Origin: Octopus sinensis
Taxonomy: Eukaryota
Assembly: GCF_006345805.1 (NCBI RefSeq)
Contig: NC_043009.1
Location: 37,200,001-37,264,000 of the forward strand
Direction of reading: 5' to 3'
DNA length: 64,000 nt
Made by a program: the position numbers and the translations under genes. The notes below the pieces were generated by a model that was given only the letters and a program-made list of their open reading frames with translations, was not told where the DNA came from and searched no databases. Positions 22,954 through 35,560 of the stretch are shown here, one piece after another (the first letter of the stretch is position 1; the number at the start of each line of letters is the position of its first letter).

Positions 22954-24327
22954 TGATGATAATACCAAAAAGTTTTGCTTTATTCGATCTCTTTATGATC
23001 TGAGTTCTTGCTGATTGAATTATCCCGTCATCCAACCTACCGGCAACATTCAGTCTTTTGGTGACTTCAGCAGAATTCAGATTGTTGCAAGCATTTGGTA
23101 CTAAGTCTCCGATTTTATAACTCCCTACTTTCCTCACTATAGTCTCAGAGACCCTGAAAACAAAAGCTAAGTTGTCCTTCAGTTCTTGACAAAGTGGCAG
23201 ATAAAACAAAATGCATATTGTCCCAATAATAGAATGTTACAATCACATGATGAGTAATGTTGGGGAATACACTTTTTCTACCATAGCTAATATCAGACAA
23301 TGTTAAATTGGTACAATAATCATAATTTTACTCTTTTTAAAATTTCATGGTGCTTCTTCAAACTAAAATGATATAATAAACTACCCCTGTTTTGCAGAAA
23401 AAAGTGTTTGTGACCAAGGCCGCCAACACTTTTTTCTGCAAATTAGGGATAGTTTATCCTGTTCATGTTATATTATTAGCATTATCCTACGTTTGAGTAT
23501 TAAAAAAAATTTCTTCTTTAACTTTCTAAGACATCTCAACGCTTCTAAAGCAAACTTTGTTTGTTTACATTCATCGTAAAACAAATTTCTGATTTGTATA
23601 TTTGAAATAAGTATATTTTCCAAGAAACATTATTATTTTTCGGCAAGCAATTAATTACAAATGTGACATAGCTGATTATTATTCAGTGTAGCAAAGTTGT
23701 TTTCCCAACAGATATGTGTACTGATTAACATTTTAGCTAGTAGGTAAATGACATGGGATATAACTCCGATATGATAGGAGTTGCTTCCCTTTGCAAAAGA
23801 TCACATGGCTCAGTATTGTTCGACGAGTCATCTTAGAAGATAGAAGAATGAGTGAAGAAGATAACGTAAGAGAGGGAAAGAGAGAGAGGGGGGAGAGAAG
23901 GTGGTAGAAGAGGGAGAAAGACTGGTAAAATAAAATAGTTCTGCAAAAAAAAAAAATTAGAATTGTTTCCACTTAAGTATAAGCTCGTATATGAACTGAG
24001 ACATCACAATTTTGAACCATTTAAATTATTTCCCGTTCCTCTGTACTCAAGTCATGTCCCCTCTGATTTACGTGTACACACGTTAGAAACATTCTATCAT
24101 ACAAAGAGATGATTCGATATAAAAGTGTTTAATTCTACGTCACAACACGCAGGAAAGAATATAGAAAAGTTGGTTTACAGGGTTGAAAGTGCATGAGTTT
24201 TAAGTGAAATGTAGTTTAAAATATTTTTTTATATCTGAATAATTGTAATTGTCGGGCAAGATCAATGAGATTAACTCAATAGACGAATCAATGTATATGT
24301 ATGTATATCAATATGTATGCTCCATAT

Positions 24328-24540
24328 GGTGGCGAGCTGGCAGAATCGTTAGCACACCGAGGAAAATGTTTAGAGGCATTTCGTTCGTCTTCATGTTCTG
24401 AGTTCAAATTCTTCCGAAGTCGACTTTGCCATTTATCCTTTTCGGGTCGATTATATGAGTACCAGTTCAACACTGGGATCGATGTAATTGACTTACCCCT
24501 CCCCCGAAACTGCTGGCCTTGTGCCAAAATTTGAAATCAA
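24328..24540 (+). mobile_element. SINE type C
   Basis: GGTGGCGAGCTGGCAGAATCGTTAGCAC head; CCAAAATTTGAAA tail. Confidence 0.85.
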
Positions 24541-24954
24541 TATGTGTACTCTAAATTCATTTATTAAATAAGCAGTACTTTACATCAGCATTGTTGTTTC
24601 AATACATTGTGGTATGTCTTCATACGTAGAAATTAATATGTATTAGAAATTAAGGTGTTTTTATATGTAGATAATACAAATAACACATAAAATCATAACA
24701 GAACTTAGTTTTGAAGGTAAAAAATCAATAAACAAGACGAGAATGTTAATCTCACAAGAGAACTGGCTATGAATTTGAATCAAGATTATCTACTAAGATA
24801 AATTCAACTGGAAAATGTCGAATATGAGTGGCCAACGTGCGTTGGAATGAGAGTCCCTAGGAATTTATGGATAAAGGCAGAGCATCCTAAACGTAATGAA
24901 GAAAAGGTAAAAGTTTGAATACCGCTTTACCAATCCTTTTCATTTACACCATCG

Positions 24955-24994
<40 letters not shown>

Positions 24995-25062
24995 TACACA
25001 CACACACACACACACATGCTGAACCAAACGCTGTTAGATTAGCAAGTCAAACAACATACTAA

Positions 25063-26410
25063 AGCGACATGACTGTAGTGCCTTGTCCTGACCCTACCAT
25101 CTCCAAACTAGAACGCATTCTCTTCCGCTTCTTGTGGAAAGGATGCGTCCCGATGGTCAGGCGATCCATTTGCTGTCAACACCCGTTAAAAGGAGAACTG
25201 GGCATGCCGTGGTTGATGATGCGCAGACTCGCACTGAGACTGCGACAGCTCCGGCTCTACGTAGACGACGGTGAACAGGTGTGGTCGCCGTTTGTGAGGC
25301 ACGCTTTCCCGCAACTCGCCTCCATGACCGAACTACAGTCGTGGATTAAAAAGAGGCCGAGGAAGGGCGAATGGCACCGCGAGTGTCGCGTTGCTTTCAA
25401 GCAACTATGCCGTCCCGGGTCGACCTTGAGCGACTTCAACACGACCAAAGCATTCTATAGGGGATTAGTGGCGGGGAGGTACGACGACGATCTCGGGACG
25501 AACCTGGGCATCGACGAGGAATACCTGACCCGCCTGTTCAAGACGACTTTGGGGCCGGGACCTATGGACAACTTCCAGAGATCCCTGGCCTAGCAGTGCT
25601 ACCGAGAAGCGCTGCCCGTTCGGGATAAGCTCTACAGACACGCCTCGAGAAACGCGGGGCCGACCAACCCGAGATGCGGTCAGAGCGACGAAACTGTTCT
25701 GCACGCATTCGTGCGGTGTCCAACCATTTCCGACCTGTGGGCTTATGTCGAACGACTGCTGTCACGTGTGGGACGAGTCTGTTTATCAGCCGAGTCTATC
25801 GTCAATATCGCCACGCCTCCTTCCTTTAAACGGGAAGGAAGAGCTATTTTCGTCATACTTGTAGCTATGGCAAAAGAATGTTTCTGGTGGAGACAAACAC
25901 TTTCCTCTCTGGTCAATCTCTCATCGACCTCTTCAAGTATCACTTCAAAAGGAAAGTGAGAGTAGAGAGGCAAGTTTTGTCTAGCGATTGTTTCAAAAAA
26001 AGATGGGTGAATGTAGCAAGGATGGCACGTATGAATGACGAAGCCACCTTGAGCATAATCCTATGAAGCCGGAAAAATTTAAAACAGAGAGTTACTTACT
26101 TGCAAATAAATGTGTTAACATGTGACATTATTGACCGAGGTTACCGTGGTCTTTTTCGTAGGCTTTTCTATCCACGGATAAACCTTATCTGCTTCCCCCT
26201 TTACACTTTACATCACGGCATTTCTGTGATACACGATCCCTATTGATCGTTTTTTTTTTTTTCTCTTTTTACGATACATTTTGATCGAAAACCTACCCCG
26301 CTTTTTATTTTTATTTTTTTTATTTTTTTTTTCTCCCCAAAAAGAGAAGCTCTACTTTGTAATTTGTGCCCTCTGTGCTCAGCCCAGTGTGGCTAATAAA
26401 GAAACATAAT
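25063..26410 (+). mobile_element. 5'-truncated Tx1/L1-like LINE (ORF2 C-terminus + 3' UTR)
   Basis: LERILFRFLWKG...RRSICCQHPLKGELGMP, Cys-rich C-terminus (RCGQSDETVLHAFVRCP), T-rich 3' UTR ending AATAAAGAAA; stops and frameshifts. Confidence 0.8.
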
Positions 26411-27371
26411 ATTCTGCTATTCTCATACGTGAAAATTAACATCATTGATAATCGATAATACTGCTGATGATAATGACGCCGACAGTGATTTTTAGGCTAG
26501 TAAGGCAACTCGAGATATCCTATAACGGGAATAAAGTGTTAGACGATCGCTTCTCCTTCTTGAAAGACCTACTTTCAGAGGAGTTCGTCACAAGGTTAAT
26601 ATCTAGCTGTTGCTTCCTTTCGTCTCAGTAATGCGAAATGAAACGCCTTGCTAAAGAACACAACTCACCTCCACCCAAGGAGTTGAACTCGTTACGTCAT
26701 GTGTCAACCATATATTGAAAACATATATTCTCTAAAATTTGTAAAATCCATTAAATTTACATATTTCCATGTTCCAATTCAGTCCAGTAAAAACTTTCTC
26801 TTTACCGCCATTTTCAAGCAGGTTATAGAATTTAAAAAGAAAAAAAAAAAAACTTCAAGAATATTTATTGTGAAAATTGATATTTTCTTTTAAGAATTTT
26901 ATCATATTCGACAATTTTAAAGGTTATAAAATATATTTTACTTTGTCTTAAAATACAAGCTAACACATACATACACACGCGCGCGCACACATTCGCAAAT
27001 ACACACAAATAAAAACAGTTGAAAGGTATTATTGAAGAGATTCTGCACATATCTTCTCATAGGCTAAAATAGATATTTTCCACCCATACCCTCTGTTCCG
27101 TTAGAAAATTAGCTTTCTAGACTAGACATTTTCAACAATGTTACAATATTCAATATTCCATCTATGCTAAATTTAATGAAATACAGACCGTATTTCTAGG
27201 AAAGGACGTAGAAATTAGGCAAATAAGGTAGCTCTTTAGCCTTCTTAAATATTATGATTACCTCCCCTACTCACAGTCCCTGGCACGTTGTAAAAAATGT
27301 ACACCTTACATTATTCAGAACCAGAACCAGAAACCGCCATCTATGCAATTTCTTTTCTTTTATGTAATAAT

Positions 27372-27590
27372 TAGGTTTCAAATTTTGGCTTAAAGCTAGC
27401 AATTTCGTGGGGCAGGGAGTAGATTACATCGACCCTAGTGCTCAACTGGTGCTTATTTTAGTGACCCTGAAATTATGAAGGGCAAAAATCGACCCCGGTG
27501 GTACTTGAACTCAGAAAATGGTAAGTCGGAAGAAATGATGCTAAGCATTTTGTCAGGCGCGGTAACGGTTCTAGCAGCTTGCTGCCTTAG
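27372..27590 (-). mobile_element. SINE type C, degraded
   Basis: GATTACATCGACCC and GCTAAGCATTTTG motifs. Confidence 0.75.
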
Positions 27591-27779
27591 AAAGATTAAA
27601 TATAAGCACCAGAAATTAGTTAAAAGAATTCTGTGGAAGTAAACCGAGGGTTCTTTCAATGAAAAGGAACCTGTTCTGGATCTATTTACCTTTTTCAGTG
27701 ATCCCATTCTCATATTAAATGCATTGCAATGGAAAAAATATATACGCCTTGCATAAAGAAGTTAAAATTTTTCTTTTGT

Positions 27780-28100
27780 ATAAATCCTGTAAAAATGCAT
27801 CTCAAGCCGTCGAGAATATCAGTGCTGCATGTTGGATGAGAATTTGCACAGCAGGAAGAGGAAGTAAATGACAATAAATTTCGAACTGGAAATATGTGAC
27901 TGAATAACAAGCTAAGTACATGCCCTCCGTCAGTGGTCAATGATGAAACATTGAAATATGCCGTGGGGGCTAATCCTGGGACTATAGTTTGAGCTTTGCC
28001 AATAATTTGAAGGTTTCAAAATCGACTGTAGGACGTTCTCTTACAACGATCGTTAAAGTGAAAAAGACAAAACAAATTTGTTCTACATGGATTCAGCGCT
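27780..28100 (+). mobile_element. mariner N-terminal fragment
   Basis: PSVVNDETLKYAVGANP, VSKSTV, IVKVKK: HTH region of mariner transposases. Confidence 0.65.
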
Positions 28101-30847
28101 GTAGTTGTGAAGAAGTAATTTGTACGTAGTCTGTTTTTGAGAGCTGTAGTATTGGACCTCTGTCTAATCATTAAAACATTGATTTAATTATGAATATACA
28201 AAGAAATTATACATTAATCCCTATTTTTGTAAGCAGTTGTATCCGTAAAAATTTTATTTGCAGAGAGCAGAAATTGAAAGAAGATATATGAAATGGACGT
28301 GTGTGTGTCTGTGTGTGTGTGTGTGTCTGTGTGTCTGTGTGTGTATGCGCGCGTGTGTGTGTGCGTGCATGCTTGCGCGTGTGTATGTGTTTACGATAGT
28401 TAATTTATGGAAAACATTGTTAAATTTTTGTAATGCAAGCATGTGAATGAAAATTAAGTACAGACCTCTACATGCTAGCTAGATCTAGTAGAAATAGCAG
28501 CCAAATCTCCCTCAAAACACCCTAATGTCTTAATCCGACAATTCTGCCTATTATGTAGTTTGAATGAGAAACTGTAACTAAAGATTAAGATTATTAACCC
28601 TACAAAGAGGTGAAAGAAGAGAGACAGCATTGCGAAAGTTTTGGCTGAATGTCATCCTGTACTCCCTTGTTTCTAGCGAAATGGTATATGCCGGCTGTTT
28701 GAGCAACTGACTGTTTTAATGGCGGAACCAACAGGGGAATTCCATAAGAAAAAGTATGGGGGCTAGGAAAAAATACAAACCGCATTCCAATCTATGCACC
28801 CGTCTCCATATATGTGCCATTTTTCACGCGAATCCACCCAGCCGTTTGGCTGTGAACCTCAAGACAAGAAAGATCACCTATGTCCAATTTATATTATACT
28901 AGCAGTTAAACTCGGTTTCACCCGGTCTGTTTGGATGATGTGGGTGTGATCGTTTTCGGTTAGGCATAATCTATAACAGCGTTTCTCAACCTTATCATTT
29001 CCGGCCCCCTGTTTCGATTGGAGCCTCCAGCTGTATGAAAATTTCTTCCCCCCACACCTGTCAGAAAACAGCTTCAGATCGATTTTCTCGGTAAGTATGG
29101 GGGCTAGGAAAAAATACAAACTGCATTCCAATCTATGCACCCGTATCCACATGTATGCCGCCCATGTCCAATTTATATTATAGATTATATATATTATATA
29201 TATCCGTTTTCGCAAACACCAACGATTGCTTTTTTACTATTTTCATATATATTTCGTTGGCGACAAATTTCTCCCAAGCATTCAATTAGCTGTGACTACA
29301 CGCTACTAACAACGCTCAACGAGGCAGAAATACATCTAGCATTCTCATTAGCTTTTGCTGGGACAACTTTTTTTACCCCTCGATATATGTTATGTTTTTA
29401 AACAGTACATTTCCATAAGAGATATCCCTTGACGACGAATATGGCTGTAAATTTTCCTTTCGCGATATCTTCACACTACGTATGATACACAGATGACTGT
29501 ATAGAGAGGGAGAAAGGGGGAGAGAGAGAAAGAGAGAGATAGACAACACAAAAGAATGGAGAATTATACATTTCTAATCAGCCTATGTGCGTTTCATATA
29601 TAACTGCATTACATAATTCTGGGATTTATTAAACATGCAAATTAATTTATCTATATTTAATCGACTAGGATTCTACAGAGATCGATAAAATTACATCAAC
29701 AAATCCTTCTCAAAGCTTCCTTGCGCTGCTTGGGATAGAGAACAGAAAACAATTTATGGGAGACAGTAGTAAACTTTATTTTTGGCCAAAGCAAGAAGTA
29801 GGTGTGTATATCAGCAGACTTAGGAATTATAAGTTTGAGGTAGTATTGAAACTCATACCGCTGTTAAACCGTTATTGACCGCAACAAATATACAAACGAG
29901 GCAAGTATACCTAAGGTGTTCATAAAAAAATATGGAATGTCATTGATCAGCATTAATTTTAAATATTGGCTTTGAAGGGTAAACAGATTAGCTAGCGAGA
30001 ACCCCAATGGAAATAATCAGTGAATTATTTTCTGAGGAATATATTTCATTTAGGGGAGATTTTTTATTCTTAGAGGAATATATATTTAAAGTTCAAAATT
30101 TCAGATAATAGCAATATACTGATAAAAACCTAAATTTAAAAAAAAATCTAATTTAAAATTAATTAGAAATAAATCAAAAATGAAAATAAAAATATTTATT
30201 ATAAAATTAAGAATATAATAACTGATTAAAAGGAATTATACTGGATAAATTAAAAACAAAAGAAAAATAATTAAATAATCAAATTGTGGAGTCTTAAGAT
30301 TTAAATAATAACAATGGCAGGAATAACGGCATCAACGCTACAATCCAGTAGGAATAAAAATTTGAAGAATAAGTAAAAGAAATTTCATTGAAAAGTATCT
30401 GATATATTATGGTGAACTAACCATTACTCCATTTATTAGGGAAGTGTGCGTATGTACATACATACACACACACATATACATACACAGATATTTATATATC
30501 TATCTATATACACACATATATGCATATATGTGTGTATGTATGTGCAAGTGCGTTTGTGTGTATGTGTATATATATACACACACACAGAGGTTATTTGTGG
30601 GTTAACAAGGCTACTATTAGCTTCTTGCCGAGAGAAATCCGAGCAATTATCAAGCAATTATCAAGCTCGGCTATTGTTTCGGTACTGCTCCGCTTTTCAC
30701 GCCCTTCCATATAAATGATTTCATGCGATATGTTATGTAATATCCGCTGTTGACTGCATTGGTGTGACATTTCATCAGAACAGCATCAGAAGGTGCGTTC
30801 TCGCATTGAGCTATGATCAGTTACATTTATTCATTTACGTGTAATGG

Positions 30848-31222
30848 CGTTTAAAACGGACTGATACCGAAAAAAAAATGTAACTACTGATAAAAATGCG
30901 CTAAATTCATTCTTCATCTCCTTATTTGGATCATACGTTGCTCTTTGTAAACACCACACAGTGGTCTTAACGTTGATGTACCTGCAATTTCTGCAGCAGT
31001 TTTCATTTTCCTCTTGATTCCAATTAAAAAACCTAGAAATAACCGGGAGTTCCGACTGTCTACACGATCAGGACCGATAACATACAGACGTTTAAAACGG
31101 ACTGATACCGAAAAAAAAAATGTAACTACTGATAAAAATGCGCTAAATTCATTCTTCATCTCCTTATTTGGATCATACGTTGCTCTTTGTAAACACCACA
31201 CAGTGGTCTTAACGTTGATGTA
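30848..31222 (+). repeat. 133/134-bp direct repeat (30848-30980 and 31089-31222)
   Basis: Copies identical except poly-A length (9 vs 10). Confidence 0.95.
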
Positions 31223-31274
31223 TATATGTATATATGTATATATATGTATATAAATATATAATACATATATATAT

Positions 31275-31305
<31 letters not shown>

Positions 31306-31484
31306 TAAATATGTATGTATGTGTGTGTGTATGGTTTCAGGTCTCTCTGTTCACTTTATAGATAACGATTTAATGATGGTTGGCAGATATCAGAACTGAT
31401 CAGAAAAACACTTTGCAGAAATTATAAACAAAACCCATCGGCTCTTGCTTAGACTTAAAAATCCGAGTGCTTCTGACTGACCAC

Positions 31485-31489
31485 TCTCT

Positions 31490-31546
<57 letters not shown>

Positions 31547-31759
31547 CCTCTCTCTTTCTCTCTCTCTCTTTCTCTCTCTCTCTTTCTTCTCTCTCTCTCT
31601 CTTTCTCTCTCTCTTCTTTCTCTCTCTCTCTTTCTCTCTCTCTCTCTTTCTCTCTTTCTCACGCACGCACACGCACGCACACATACACACAACGCAGATG
31701 ATGAATATTAATATGAAGAACGTGTTGTTTAATTTTAACTTCCCATCTTCTCTATGCAT

Positions 31760-31790
<31 letters not shown>
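31485..31790 (+). repeat. (CT)n microsatellites in the 3' region of DHDH-C
   Basis: Direct reading. Confidence 0.95.
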
Positions 31791-31819
31791 TTCGTTTTCT
31801 GATCTTCCTTACAATGTCC

Positions 31820-31923
31820 TTAGTTCTTGTGTTGTGTCTCCTCAAGTTGTCGTCGAACCTCATCGATTATGTTTATAAGCAACAAACTATCAGCGTGGGT
31901 GTGATCGGGACATTCGAGATGAC
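31820..31923 (-). CDS. DHDH: DHDH-like paralog C exon 7 (terminal, TAA)
   Basis: ctaaaag|(G)HLECPDHTHADSLLLINIIDEVRRQLEETQHKN*; same length as B exon 7. Confidence 0.92.
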
Positions 31924-33310
31924 CTTTTAGAAAAAGAAGAGAGACAAACTTCAAATGATAGCAAAAACAAATATTGAAACGCACTAAAAAGAACAAGAAA
32001 AGACAATAAAATATTTAATTGCGTAACATAGACAAATACATATAAATATGATGTCATACAACGTAAATTCTTGAGTTATTAGAAAAATTCTCCGCCGCCT
32101 CTAAACGATGTGTCACAATTACCAATTGGCAATGAGAACCAGTTCCACTTGAGAAGGGGAGATAATCATAATAATCAAGTATTCTCCAAAGCGGAAATTC
32201 TATTAAGGAAAAAGACAAGCTTATTGTTTTAGTGATAAAAAGTTTTTATTTTACGCAATAGCAATCATTGGCATGACCATTGTTCGACCTACTTACATCT
32301 ACAGTAGCCAAGGGAATTAAACTTATACAAATAAAAGCAGAATACATTTATGGCCTGGGTGCTGTTTAATGTTGACAAAGAAGTTATCTTTCGACATATT
32401 AATTAGTTATCTGAAGAAACAGGAAGATAGAGGGCTGCAACAGTGTTTCTTTTTTTTCCATTCAGTCATGTGTATAGGAGAAAACAGATAAAAAAAGATA
32501 TAGTCGTATGTTTAATTATAAATGTAAACATGTAGCTATAAAAGAACAATAATACAACTCTATATTACAAACCAACGAAATAGTGACCACCTTTACAATG
32601 CTACTGTTATTGCTTTCCCTTCCTTTGCGTCCAATAACATTATACTTGTTCCACGTCCTCGTGTTGTTGTGTTTTCATGTCTGGATTAACTATATATATA
32701 AAATGCGAGTGAAGATGTGTACGTTTTCATAGTGACGTATAAGTACGCACGTGTGAGCGTATGACTAGACTATGAAATCTTAATCTTATTTTACATAAGT
32801 AGCAGAATTATAACACAGTAATCTCCCTTTATATAACGGTATTTTTTCATAGCGTTTTTTCAGATGGCCAGATAACCGAAGAGATGGTGTTGTGGATTTC
32901 CGCTTCGGCATCTGAAACTCAGTGTTTTATCTTGACTATTGAGTAATTGTAACATATTATTTTATATATATATACGCTGGACTGTATGAACATGTGCATG
33001 TGAGAACGTATTATTGTATGTCTATCTTTATGCCGGTATTGATGAGTGTACAAGAGCCATAACGATACGCGAAACAGACCCAGTGGAGCGTAGCACACCA
33101 TGTGTGACTCGTAATCAAGTTGTATCGCATCACTGGCCATTAAACGGTATCAACTTTATTAACACTTTTACAATGCTACTGTTATTGCTACATGTTATGA
33201 TGTGTGCGAGCGTATGTGTGTGCCTGTACGAGCATTTGTACGAGCGTATGTACGAGCGTATATATATATATATATATTGCTAAACCTCGCTAAGATAAAT
33301 ATTTCAATTA

Positions 33311-33377
33311 ACCTGAAGATTGACTGTAACCATAACTCGAATTATTACGAATTGTACAGCCATGAAACGATCGTAGT
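33311..33377 (+). ncRNA. Minimal hammerhead ribozyme-like motif (Penelope type)
   Basis: CUGAAGA - stem II (UGACUGUA/UACAGCCA) - GAAAC-GAUC-GUA; core intact, stem I only 2 bp. Confidence 0.5.
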
Positions 33378-33599
33378 GTTTTACTCTTTATCTTTTATTA
33401 AACTTTTAATACTTTTGATATATATTTAAAATAATATAAATTAATTAATTTTATGTATTGGCTTATGTTTTTCATTGTTTGATTTGCCTAATAGTGGTTT
33501 TATCTCTAATTTAATATAATATAATATAATATATTTTACTATAAAATTTGATTTAATCCTAAATCTGATTTTTCCCTCTAAGTTTGAGTTTATTCCCTA

Positions 33600-33654
<55 letters not shown>

Positions 33655-34297
33655 TTATAAATGTCTATCTACATACCTACAAACATACATGCTTACATAC
33701 ATACATACATCCACAAAAATAGGGATTCAAAGAATCAAACAAAGCACCGTGTGCGTGACATTCCGATAACTCATGGGCATGCTTTGACATGTACCTAATT
33801 ATCCGTACTATAACAAATACGATCTCATTTACAAGCTAAACCTCCACACTTTACTTTTTCTCTGTATATTTTTTATGGAATGTTTTCACTTATTTAAAAC
33901 CTGTGAGGATATTCAACCAAATCCTTGGGAAGCAAAACCTTATGATTATTTCATTATATAGTACTTTACTTCTTTTCTTTTTAGTTTTTGATTTTACAGT
34001 ATTTTCCCAGAAATTCTTTATATTTATCTAATTATCCTTGCTTTCTTAATACATTCCACATACAGTCATTATAGTTTTTGTAAGGGTTAAGTCTTCCAAA
34101 CACATCTATTGCCTGCTACTATAAATTGAGAAAATTTGCTAATTTACAGATCTGATATTTGAGTTGCCATGCTACGTCGTGATGTGAATCAGTTTATTAT
34201 GTTACAATACAATAATGTTCATAAGTATGCAAACGTACATACATACATATGCGCACACACGAACACATAATACATACATACATACATACATACATAC

Positions 34298-34612
34298 ACT
34301 CCGTCAGATATGACGACCAGGGTTCCAGTTGATCTGATTAACGGAACAACTAGCTCGTGAAATTAATGTGGCTGAGCACTCCACAGACACGCATATCCTT
34401 CACGTCGTTCTCAGGGAGATTCAGCGTGACACAGATGGTGACAAGATTGGCCCTTTGAAATACAGGTACTACGTATTTTTGACAACTGAGTGAAATGGAG
34501 CAACGTGAAATAAAATGTTTTGCGCAAAGACACAATGCGCCGCCGGAAATCGAAATCACGACCATACGATAGTGAGCCAAATACCCTAACCATTAAGTCA
34601 CGCGCCTTCACT
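34298..34612 (-). mobile_element. SINE type D (different head, type A tail)
   Basis: Shares GTATTTCAAAGGGCC...TGTGTCACGCTGAA...GGAGT tail with type A; head like 53840 copy. Confidence 0.8.
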
Positions 34613-34626
34613 ATGCATGTGTGCGT

Positions 34627-35293
34627 GTTTCCAATGTAGTTGTGTCCGCAACCCGAGCAGGTTATTACATAAATTAGGTTCTCAGAGGCACAAGTGAGAC
34701 TAGTTTTAATTGTGAACATCTATCCTTGTTTGAAAAAGAAATCCGAGCCTTGAGAAAGAGAACCACTCTACATAAATAGCAAATCCTTTTCCCGTAATAC
34801 AGTAAACATATAGAAAAATGTGCAGATAACATCAAACCAAATTTCACAGTCTTCCCCCTCTACTAGTGCAAAGACACAATCTCTCCACAAGAACGTTGAA
34901 AAATACAGAACACGTCTTAATATGCACGCATAACCAACTTTTTACATATTTCAATTCACGAATGCATCACTGAATATAAATCCCCTGACTATACAAGTTT
35001 TTCGAAACCTTTTTGTCTGTACATATATATTCCCCTCCCATAACCGAAAACTGAACAGTTATCTCCCTTGCCCACAACTATAACAATAATGACGATATCC
35101 AATTACCTCCCCTTATTTTTCTACTTGTGAAGTCATTCACTCGTAAAGTCATTCACACGACGTGGACAAAATTTCTTCTTAAGAAAATACTTATTCAAAT
35201 AAGTAACACATAATATGAATAGCGATAGCGAAACCGGTCGATATATCAAAAATTATATTAAAACTATGTAAAGTGTATTTTCCTTTTTTACTT

Positions 35294-35369
<76 letters not shown>

Positions 35370-35560
35370 ACTTATAAACAAGAGCAAAAGAAAAAGTTTC
35401 TAATGCTATATATGCCGAAAATAGACTTAAATCGTCAATAACCATATAATTCAAGTGCAAGTAAGTATCTCATTTATTTCTTATCGTATTTATCGCTGAC
35501 GACGAGAAAATTCTATCAATTAACTCAGAAATCGGGTCTGATTCGATAATAACGGAATTT
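34627..35560. mobile_element. Penelope-like element 3' end with inverted GIY-YIG segment
   Basis: Minus 34627-34740 reads FTIKTSLTCASENLIYVITCSGCGHNYIGNT. Plus 34745-34930 continues LRKRTTLHK...KHIEKCADNIKPNFTVFPLY. The downstream UTR carries hammerhead-like motifs. Confidence 0.75.
35485..35554 (+). ncRNA. Type I hammerhead ribozyme-like motif
   Basis: Stem I UUAUCG/CGAUAA; CUGACGA; stem II GAG..CUC; GAAA; stem III AUCG/UGAU; AUU cleavage triplet; C.A mismatch at base of stem II. Confidence 0.55.

Noticed and set aside
30000-30443. Very AT-rich, A-skewed block resembling a mitochondrial insertion (NUMT)
   Set aside because: Hand translation with the invertebrate mitochondrial code gave stops in the frames I checked and no recognisable ND/COX motif. 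BLASTn against mtDNA would settle it.
30745-30790. Minus-strand GCUGUU-CUGAUGA...GUC-AACAGC as a hammerhead
   Set aside because: Stem I and CUGAUGA are present, but there is no stem II or separate GAAA, and stem III does not pair.
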